Shown: one piece after another, positions 8,175 through 14,326 of the stretch
Numbering within the stretch: the first letter of the stretch is position 1
How the letters are laid out: each line of letters opens with the position of its first letter
Assembly: GCA_039586795.1 (NCBI GenBank)
Contig: JBDHJS010000067.1
Coordinates: 1 to 14,326 of the forward strand
From: Gemmatimonadota bacterium
Lineage (GTDB): Bacteria; Gemmatimonadota; Gemmatimonadetes; Palauibacterales; KS3-K002
Direction: 5' to 3'
Length of the DNA: 14,326 nt
The notes under the pieces: model-generated
The model's input: the letters and a program-made list of their open reading frames with translations, nothing else
The model's database searches: none
What the model was told of the DNA's origin: nothing
Made by a program: the position numbers and the translations under genes

Positions 8175-10181
8175 ATGGATCACGGACATCACCCCGACCA
8201 CGGGACGTCGACCGGAAACGGCGGTGGCCACGGCCATCACGCTCACATGGTGGCCGACTTCCGCCGCCGGTTCTGGATCTCACTGGCGCTCACGATACCC
8301 GTCTTAGCACTTGCGCCGCTCATCCAGAGGTTCCTGGGTATCGAAGGTGCGCTCGACTTCCCCGGCGACTCCCTGGTCCAGGCCCTTTTAGCGACCGTCA
8401 TCTACTTCTATGGCGGTTGGCCTTTCCTGAAGGGCTTTGTGAAGGAGATGGGCGACCGGAGGCCAGGAATGATGACGCTGATCGCCCTGGCAATCACCGT
8501 CGCCTATGCCTACAGCGCGGCCGTTGTCCTGGGCCTGCCCGGCGAAGGCTTCTTCTGGGAACTGGCCACGCTGATCGACATCATGCTCCTGGGCCACTGG
8601 GTCGAGATGCGGTCGGTGATGGGAGCATCCCGGGCGTTGGAGAAACTGGTCGAGCTACTCCCCGCAGAAGCGCATCGCCTTCGTGAGGATGGATCCTCCG
8701 AAGACGTCCCCGTGACCGAGGTCGTCCCGGGCGATCGGGTGCTGGTGAAACCCGGCGAGAAGATCCCCGTGGACGGAGTGGTGGTGGCAGGTCGCACGAC
8801 GGTGAATGAAGCGGCGCTCACGGGTGAGAGCGTGCCCGTAGAGAAGGGCGAAGCGGATAACGTGATCGCGGGCGCCGTTAACGGCGAGTCGGCCATCACG
8901 ATTGATGTCCAGAAGACGGGTGGCGATACCTATCTGTCACAGGTCGTGGAAATGGTGCGCCTGGCCCAGGAGACACGCTCTCGCACTCAGGATCTCGCAA
9001 ACCGGGCAGCGCTCTGGCTAACCGTTACTGCGGTGACCGTCGGTACCGTGACGCTAACGGTCTGGCTGCTCGTCGGCCGCGACTTCAATTTCGCCCTCAG
9101 TCGTATGGTCACTGTCATGGTGATCGCATGTCCGCACGCGTTGGGCCTGGCGATTCCCCTCGTCGTGGCGGTATCCACAGGCTTGTCGGCCAGAATGGGT
9201 CTACTGATTCGCGATCGCACGGCGTTCGAGCGGGCCCGGACTCTCGATGCGATCGTCTTCGACAAGACCGGAACACTCACCCGCGGCGAGTTCGGCGTCA
9301 CGGATGTGGTGGACCTGGTCGGGGGGAGCGAAGAGGAAGTCCTGCGCCTGGCGGCGTCGCTGGAAAGCCAGTCGGAGCACCCTATCGCCGCCGGCGTGGT
9401 GCGGAGCGCCGGGGAACGGCAGGTGAAGTTTGGCGTTCCGAAGAACTTTCGAGCTATACCGGGCAAGGGCGCTGAAGCCGATGTGGACGGACGCAACGTC
9501 AAAGTTGTGAGCCCCGGCTACCTAACTCAAAACGGTCTGTCAGTGGATAGCGATCGGGTAGCCGAGCTGAACAAAGAAGGGAAGACGGTCGTTTATTTGC
9601 TTGTCGATGACCGGGTGCACGGCGCCATTGCCCTCGCCGACATCATCCGCGACGAGTCGCACGAGGCGCTGCGGCGGCTCAAGGCGATGGGCATCCAGGT
9701 GTTGATGCTCACGGGCGACGCGGAAGCCGTGGCGCGCTGGGTCGCCGGCGAGCTGGAGCTGGACGAGTATTTCGCCGAAGTACTGCCGGAACAAAAGGCC
9801 AACAAGATTCGGGAGGTCAAGTCGCGGGGGCTGACCGTGGCGATGACGGGCGACGGTGTGAACGACGCCCCGGCGTTGGTCGAGGCGGATGTCGGCATCG
9901 CGATCGGTGCCGGCACCGACGTGGCCGTGGAGTCGGCGGATATCGTGCTCGTGCGTTCCGATCCGCGCGACGTGACCTCGCTGGTCGAGCTGGCCCGGGC
10001 GACGTACCGGAAGATGGTTCAGAATCTGATGTGGGCGACCGGCTATAACGTCGTGGCGATTCCACTGGCGGCGGGTGTTTTGTACAACGCGGGCATCGTG
10101 CTTTCTCCCGCGGCCGGCGCCGTTCTCATGTCTCTGTCGACTGTGATCGTCGCCGTAAACGCGCGACTCCTGAAATTGTAG
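8175..10181 (+). CDS. copB: Copper-translocating P1B-type ATPase, P1B-3 (CopB-like)
   Basis: His-rich N-terminus (MDHGHHPDHG...GHGHHAHM) with no CxxC domain. Motifs TGES, transmembrane CPH (IACPHALGLAIP), DKTGTLT, SEHP, TGDGVNDAPAL, YN and MSLST. Confidence 0.93.
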   Translation: MDHGHHPDHGTSTGNGGGHGHHAHMVADFRRRFWISLALTIPVLALAPLIQRFLGIEGALDFPGDSLVQALLATVIYFYGGWPFLKGFVKEMGDRRPGMMTLIALAITVAYAYSAAVVLGLPGEGFFWELATLIDIMLLGHWVEMRSVMGASRALEKLVELLPAEAHRLREDGSSEDVPVTEVVPGDRVLVKPGEKIPVDGVVVAGRTTVNEAALTGESVPVEKGEADNVIAGAVNGESAITIDVQKTGGDTYLSQVVEMVRLAQETRSRTQDLANRAALWLTVTAVTVGTVTLTVWLLVGRDFNFALSRMVTVMVIACPHALGLAIPLVVAVSTGLSARMGLLIRDRTAFERARTLDAIVFDKTGTLTRGEFGVTDVVDLVGGSEEEVLRLAASLESQSEHPIAAGVVRSAGERQVKFGVPKNFRAIPGKGAEADVDGRNVKVVSPGYLTQNGLSVDSDRVAELNKEGKTVVYLLVDDRVHGAIALADIIRDESHEALRRLKAMGIQVLMLTGDAEAVARWVAGELELDEYFAEVLPEQKANKIREVKSRGLTVAMTGDGVNDAPALVEADVGIAIGAGTDVAVESADIVLVRSDPRDVTSLVELARATYRKMVQNLMWATGYNVVAIPLAAGVLYNAGIVLSPAAGAVLMSLSTVIVAVNARLLKL

Positions 10182-10202
10182 CGCAAGAACGGACCGCCGC
10201 TA

Positions 10203-11228
10203 ATGAACTCTCCTGACAGCGGAATGAAGAAGGGGGCGGGCAGGATTGCCGAGCGACTGGCGCTCGACGCCCTGGACTACGCTGTACCGAAGCTCGCGGA
10301 GCGGGCGCCCTACTTTATCGGTGGCCTGACCGCGTCGTTGATCGCCGTATTGATACTTACGGGCCTCTATCTGGCCCAGTTCTACAATCCGAACCCGGCC
10401 GGCGCCCACGACAGCGTGCTCTACATCATCACCCGTGCTCCATTCGGCGATTGGATACGGAGTCTACACTATTGGGCAGCAGGCGGCGTCGTGGTCAGCG
10501 TCACGGCTCACCTGGCTTACGTCTTCTGGCGTCGCTCCTACAAGCGGCCCCGTGAGGTAACGTGGTGGGCGGGCGTCGCCATGGCCGGCCTTCTCTTTCT
10601 GCTGATCGTTACTGGCACCGCGCTCCGCTTCGACCAGGAGGGCTTCGAGGCCCTGGCGCACTTCGTGGCCGGAGGAGAGCTGACAGGTGCGTTGGGTGCG
10701 TTCTTCACCGAGAGCTTCACGCTGAGCACGCCGCTTCTGACCCGGGTGTTCAGCCTGCACACTAGCCTGTTACCTCTGGCGCTTCTGGCGCTGGTCGGTC
10801 TCCACTTCTGGCTCATTCGGCAGCACGGTATTCGCGCCGACAGCTCAGAGACAATCGTCTTTCGCCGGCATCTCAAGCGGCTGTCGGGTGCGGCCCTTAT
10901 CGTCTTTGCAGTGATAGGTGTGCTGGCGGTCGTTTTTCCGGCAGGGCTCGGCTACCCAGCGGTGGCAGGCTACGAAGTGACCAAGCCGTTCTGGCCGGCG
11001 CTCTGGGTGTATGGACTCGAGAACCTGTTGGGCGCCTGGGGCATGGTCGTCGGGCCGGCCGCGCTCTTCGCGTTTTTGATAGCTGTGCCGCTGTTGGACA
11101 GAAGGACGGATGACGGGCCGGGCCGCAACGGTTGGGTCGGCTGGGTCGGGCTGATCTTCGGGGTAACGGTCCTCGCGCTGTGGCTCTACGGCGCCTTCAG
11201 TGCGCCACAGCAGCATATCGGCATGTGA
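10203..11228 (+). CDS. Orphan cytochrome b/b6-like di-heme membrane protein (cyt b6 plus subunit IV-like, about 7 TM)
   Basis: Motifs YFIGG, LILTGLYLAQFYNP, AHDSVLYI, GDWIRSLHYWAA...AHL, SYKRPREVTWWAG and TRVFSLH...GLHF. All four heme-ligand His are present. The PEWY position reads PFWP. Confidence 0.85.
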   Translation: MNSPDSGMKKGAGRIAERLALDALDYAVPKLAERAPYFIGGLTASLIAVLILTGLYLAQFYNPNPAGAHDSVLYIITRAPFGDWIRSLHYWAAGGVVVSVTAHLAYVFWRRSYKRPREVTWWAGVAMAGLLFLLIVTGTALRFDQEGFEALAHFVAGGELTGALGAFFTESFTLSTPLLTRVFSLHTSLLPLALLALVGLHFWLIRQHGIRADSSETIVFRRHLKRLSGAALIVFAVIGVLAVVFPAGLGYPAVAGYEVTKPFWPALWVYGLENLLGAWGMVVGPAALFAFLIAVPLLDRRTDDGPGRNGWVGWVGLIFGVTVLALWLYGAFSAPQQHIGM

Positions 11229-11252
11229 TACCACTCTCAGGAGATGATAACA

Positions 11253-11813
11253 ATGCAGGTTGGGAAATCGGTCTTTAAACGTCGCGGATATTGGATCGTG
11301 CTTGCGGCAACATTGATGACTGCGACGTCGGACGCACGGGGGCATGAGGATGCCGTATTGAGGAGTTCCGTTTCGGCCATCGCGGCAGGAGACACGCTGC
11401 CGCTCAGTGGGGCCGACTTCTCATCCGGAACCGCCTACGAACTCCGCCTTCTCGGCGCACTGCGTGAATACGAGTTGCGGAGCATCGACGTGGGTCCCGA
11501 AGGCACGTTCGAGATAGCGTTGCCGATCTCATCGGGAGTCGCCCCGGGCGTCTACAAGCTGGTGGCCGTCGCCCCCGACGGCGATCGCGTTGCCAGCCTC
11601 GACCTGACCGTGCTTGAGCCGAGGTTGGCAGCGACCGATGGGAACGACGATTCGAAGGGCAGTGATGGATCGGGACAATCAGACGCACGCGAGATGGCGC
11701 GGGCCGACGAGATACCGATCGAGCGGTCACGGGGCGGCGCCGAGTGGGGCGTCATCGGACTGGTGGTCGGCTTGGCGGCCGGCCTCGGGATCATGTTGAT
11801 CCGCCGTTCGTGA
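11253..11813 (+). CDS. Secreted, C-terminally membrane-anchored beta-sandwich protein, CopC-like
   Basis: AGGAG at 11239-11243 favours the ATG at 11253 over 11244. The signal peptide ends ...SDARG, so the mature protein would start HEDAVLRSS. It contains GVYKLVAVAPDGD and a C-terminal TM WGVIGLVVGLAAGLGIMLIRRS. Confidence 0.65.
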   Translation: MQVGKSVFKRRGYWIVLAATLMTATSDARGHEDAVLRSSVSAIAAGDTLPLSGADFSSGTAYELRLLGALREYELRSIDVGPEGTFEIALPISSGVAPGVYKLVAVAPDGDRVASLDLTVLEPRLAATDGNDDSKGSDGSGQSDAREMARADEIPIERSRGGAEWGVIGLVVGLAAGLGIMLIRRS

Positions 11814-11856
11814 CAGCGAGACGAGTAGAACCAGGAGAAACAGAAAGGGGAGACAG

Positions 11857-12330
11857 ATGGCCAGAGGTTTCTTTGGGAGGCAAATCGCCGCCGTGGTCTG
11901 TGTTGCCGGGGCGATCGTGCTGTCCGCATCGTCGGCCGTGGCGCAGACGGATGAGCAGGCCATAGCGGCGACGGTCGAGGCCGTCTTCGCGGCCGGCGAG
12001 CGGGCGGACTACGCGGCTCTCGATACGCTCTACGCCGGCGAAGACTTGACGATCATCGAGGGCGCGGGCATAGACCGGGGGTGGACGGAGTATCGAGACC
12101 ACCACCTGAAGCCCGAGCTCGAGGCATTCAAGAGCTTTGTCTATCGGCCCTATGAAATAGAGGTCTACGCCGTCGGCTCATTGGCCTATGCGATCTTCCG
12201 CTACGATCTGAAGATAGAGCTCGAGGACCGTACAGTGGACAACGTGGGGCGAGGGACGGCGATCCTGGAACAGCGCGGCGAGCGCTGGGTCGTGAGGCAC
12301 ATGCAGACGACAAGTCGGCCTCGTCGCTGA
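11857..12330 (+). CDS. Secreted NTF2/SnoaL-like (DUF4440-type) protein
   Basis: GGGGAG RBS and signal peptide ending ASSAVA. NTF2-like pattern DEQAIAATVEAVFAAGERADYAALDTLYA...IIEG...GRGTAILEQRGERWVVRHMQTTS, plus the His pair YRDHHL. Confidence 0.78.
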   Translation: MARGFFGRQIAAVVCVAGAIVLSASSAVAQTDEQAIAATVEAVFAAGERADYAALDTLYAGEDLTIIEGAGIDRGWTEYRDHHLKPELEAFKSFVYRPYEIEVYAVGSLAYAIFRYDLKIELEDRTVDNVGRGTAILEQRGERWVVRHMQTTSRPRR

Positions 12331-12345
12331 CCGACGACGCTACCT

Positions 12346-12573
12346 CTAATCGTCGATCTCGAGTTCGTACTTTTCAATTCGGTAGCGCAGCGTGTCCCGG
12401 GTCAGCGAGAGCAGTTCCGCGGCCCGGGTCTTGTTCCCTTGCGTGCGTTGTAGTGCCTGCCGGATGATCTCTTGCTGTAGCTTCTCCAGGTTCACTCCAC
12501 CGGCCGGCAACTGGAAGCCGGGCTCGAGATCCAGTGGGCTGCCGCCCGGCTTCATCTCGTCGGGCAGGTCTGC
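12346..12573 (-). pseudogene. 3' remnant of a sigma54-dependent (NtrC-family) regulator: Fis-type HTH only
   Basis: The frame reads ADLPDEMKPGG...FQLPAGGVNLEKLQQEIIRQALQRTQGNKTRAAELLSLTRDTLRYRIEKYEL. An in-frame TAA lies immediately upstream (12574-12576). No AAA+ or receiver domain is present. Confidence 0.72.
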
Positions 12574-12629
12574 TTACCTGGCCACTCTGGACGGTAACTA
12601 GTCCTAACGCAACTCCAGAGAATTGAGGC

Positions 12630-12662
12630 GGCCGGTGTCGGCATCTCTCCCCGACACCGGCC
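12630..12662. terminator. Perfect 12-bp GC-rich hairpin downstream of copZ, probable terminator or stabiliser
   Basis: ggccggtgtcgg (12630-12641) pairs with ccgacaccggcc (12651-12662) around a 9-nt loop, about 40 nt past the copZ stop. There is no clear U-tract. Confidence 0.55.
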
Positions 12663-12704
12663 ATTCTGTCATACCGGTGATTGCTGATACTTAGGAGCTA
12701 AGCG

Positions 12705-12917
12705 CTACCCGATGAGGGTCGCTTTGTAGCCAGCAGCGGCCACGACGCTGATGATCGCGTCGAGGGTGACGTCGTCCGTCAACTCTATGAGAACGGTCTT
12801 GTCTTCCAGGGAGACTTCCACGTTCCTGATGACGGTCAGACTACTAAGCGCCGACCTAACTTTGTCGGCGCACCCGTCGCAATTCATGTCCGGCACACTA
12901 AGTATGACGTTCTTCAT
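12705..12917 (-). CDS. copZ: Heavy-metal-associated (HMA) domain protein, CopZ-like chaperone
   Basis: 70 aa from the ATG at 12917 (GAAGGGA upstream): MKNVILSVPDMNCDGCADKVRSALSSL...VEVSLEDKTVLI...AAAGY. It has the MxCxxC motif and the terminal GY of the HMA fold. Confidence 0.85.
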   Translation of the reverse strand: MKNVILSVPDMNCDGCADKVRSALSSLTVIRNVEVSLEDKTVLIELTDDVTLDAIISVVAAAGYKATLIG

Positions 12918-12935
12918 CGAGTCCCTTCGTCCCGG

Positions 12936-12975
12936 TCCCCGAATCCCCGAATCTCGTAACCCCCGCATCCCAACG
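12936..12975. repeat. Degenerate octamer tandem repeat in the SHOCT-copZ spacer
   Basis: tccccgaa-tccccgaa-tctcgtaa-cccccgca-tcccaacg, period 8. Confidence 0.5.
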
Positions 12976-13326
12976 CTACTCGATCTTCTCCAGCCGATCA
13001 AGCTCCTTCTCATACTCCTCCATCGAGATCCGCCCCTCGATGAACCGCTGTTGCAGGTCCTCCAACGGCGATGCCGGCTTCGCCCGAACCTGCACCGGCT
13101 CTCTCTTGCTGTCTCGATCGTACGTGGCGTCGACCATCGGCCGTCGGCTCCGGCCCAGGCGGCCTTTCACCCGGGACTCCAGATCCGACAGGCGGCGGTC
13201 GTCCTCGTTCCGCATCTGCTCCACTTCGCCATGCTTCTTCTTGTGGCGACGGCCCCAGCCGCACATGCGGCCACAGCCCCAGAAGATCAGAGCGAACAGC
13301 GCGATGAATCCCCAGCCGAACTCCAT
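12976..13326 (-). CDS. Single-pass membrane protein with C-terminal SHOCT domain
   Basis: GGAGG RBS. N-terminal TM FGWGFIALFALIFWG followed by CGRMC and a basic stretch. The C-terminal SPLEDLQQRFIEGRISMEEYEKELDRL matches the SHOCT pattern. Confidence 0.8.
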   Translation of the reverse strand: MEFGWGFIALFALIFWGCGRMCGWGRRHKKKHGEVEQMRNEDDRRLSDLESRVKGRLGRSRRPMVDATYDRDSKREPVQVRAKPASPLEDLQQRFIEGRISMEEYEKELDRLEKIE

Positions 13327-13343
13327 AAGCCTGCCTCCAGGCG

Positions 13344-13925
13344 CTAGAGGGTATCCCCCGTCGCCGCGCCCGGCTTGATTTCCTCGATCTCACGAGCCGC
13401 CCGCTCCAGGATCTCCTGCACCCGGGCCAGCTCTTCGGGAGTCTCCGACCAGCGGAGGCCCCTCTCAAATGTAACCTGGGCAAGCTTCCTAAACGAGCGC
13501 GTGAGATCGGTCATCTCGGTCCGGAAAAACCTGTCGGTAAAGCTACTGACCCGGTCCAGGATGTCGTCCACCACGTCACCGTTCTCCTTCAAGAACTCCC
13601 GCCCCTCGTCGGTGATGCTATAGACTTTCTTCCCCTCCTTCTCCTCGCAGACCACATACCCCTGGTCCTCGAGCATCTGTAGGGTGGGATAGACGGAGCC
13701 GGGGCTGGCTGAATAGCAGCCGCCCGATTCCTCTTCAAGAGCGCGCATCACCTCGTAGCCGTGCATCGGCTTCTCGGACAACAGGCGCAGAATCACGTAC
13801 TTGAGATCGCCGCGATCGAACATGCGAAAGCGCATGCCCCGAGGCCCCGATCCGAAGCTGAACCCTTTGGGGCCGAAGCAGGCGGCGAACATGTCGAAGC
13901 CTCGGTCCCTGCGTCTTCTACTCAT
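13344..13925 (-). CDS. PadR-family transcriptional regulator (YqjI-like)
   Basis: AGGAG RBS. Winged-HTH motif RGDLKYVILRLLSEKPMHGYEVMRALEEESGGCYSASPGSVYPTLQMLEDQGYV...KKVYSITDEGREFL, and C-terminal ILERAAREI helix. Confidence 0.92.
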   Translation of the reverse strand: MSRRRRDRGFDMFAACFGPKGFSFGSGPRGMRFRMFDRGDLKYVILRLLSEKPMHGYEVMRALEEESGGCYSASPGSVYPTLQMLEDQGYVVCEEKEGKKVYSITDEGREFLKENGDVVDDILDRVSSFTDRFFRTEMTDLTRSFRKLAQVTFERGLRWSETPEELARVQEILERAAREIEEIKPGAATGDTL

Positions 13926-13965
13926 GAGAATCTCCTGACTACGGTGAAACCGTCGGTCCGAAGCC

Positions 13966-14034
13966 GACGTATCGAGATATATCGGTTCGATATATCGTCT
14001 AGATATATCTAACGATATATCGGTTCAGTGTCAA
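13966..14034 (-). promoter_or_regulatory. padR promoter/operator region with four GATATATC palindromes
   Basis: GATATATC at 13976, 13989, 14002 and 14014, plus degenerate GACGTATC at 13966. On the minus strand, TTGACA (14034-14029) is followed by 17 nt and a weak -10-like TAGATA (14011-14006). Confidence 0.75.
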
Positions 14035-14061
14035 GCAGAACCGGCCGGGCCTTTCACATCA

Positions 14062-14289
14062 CTTGGGCGCGCCCTCGGCCTGGCCACCCTCGGCGTCGTC
14101 CTGGGGCTTGGAGGAGCGCTCGGGCTATCACGCTTCCTGACCTCCTTGCTCTACGAGGTGAGTCCGACCGATCCCGTGACACTCGGTGGATTGACGCTGT
14201 TTCTCATGACCGTGGCCTTGTTGGCGGCCTGTCTCCCGGCTCTTCAGGCGGCGCGGCAGGATCCCGCGGCATCACTACGGCGGGAGTAG
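14062..14289 (+). pseudogene. 3' remnant of an ABC transporter permease (FtsX/MacB-like, ADOP type)
   Basis: Not in the ORF track. The frame reads LGRALGLATLGVVLGLGGALGLSRFLTSLLYEVSPTDPVTLGGLTLFLMTVALLAACLPALQAARQDPAASLRRE*, the typical C-terminus of these permeases. Upstream the frame runs into the padR operator, with no plausible start or homology. Confidence 0.8.
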
Positions 14290-14326
14290 TGATTCCGACT
14301 TTCCCCTAACCCCTTCCTAAGATGCG

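Noticed and set aside
10203..11228. Calling the cytochrome b a standard petB/qcrB respiratory subunit
   Set aside because: No Rieske or cytochrome c neighbour and no PEWY motif, so the gene symbol is withheld.
12602..12696. Possible integron attC site (tcctaa...ttagga extended imperfect hairpin)
   Set aside because: The ends do not match RYYYAAC/GTTRRRY and there is no integrase or cassette array. Only the 12-bp core hairpin is solid.
12751..13347. 198-aa plus-strand ORF
   Set aside because: Antisense to copZ and the SHOCT gene, which have recognisable motifs and RBSs.
13966..14026. CRISPR array or replication iterons
   Set aside because: Units are only 8-13 bp with 4-5 nt gaps, there are no spacers, and no cas or rep genes. 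An operator array is more plausible.
14028..14309. 93-aa plus-strand ORF from the track
   Set aside because: Wrong frame. The protein-like signal lies in the permease-remnant frame ending at 14289.

Overview
GC-rich bacterial DNA dominated by a copper/silver homeostasis locus. The left edge holds the 5' part of an acetyl-CoA synthetase gene (minus strand, running off the window). Divergent from it is a co-oriented plus-strand cluster of about 11 kb. In order it encodes a Cys-rich secreted leader ORF ending in PPLPRPPQA, a CusC/TolC-CusB-CusA heavy-metal RND system, a His/Met-rich lipoprotein, a P1B-3 (CPH) copper ATPase, an orphan cytochrome b/b6-like protein, a membrane-anchored CopC-like protein and a secreted NTF2/SnoaL-like protein. 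A convergent minus-strand padR - SHOCT protein - copZ-like unit follows. It is preceded by four GATATATC palindromes and sits between two 5'-truncated gene remnants (an NtrC/Fis-type HTH tail and an ABC/MacB-ADOP permease tail). No CusRS, CueR, CsoR or CusF is visible. The best candidates for new biology are (1) a CutF/CruR-like ribosome-arrest leader coupled to an mRNA stem that hides the cusC ribosome-binding region, (2) a Rieske-less cytochrome b with a remodelled Qo site inside the copper operon, and (3) a PadR operator array controlling a metal chaperone. All family calls come from motif recognition by eye, with no database searches.
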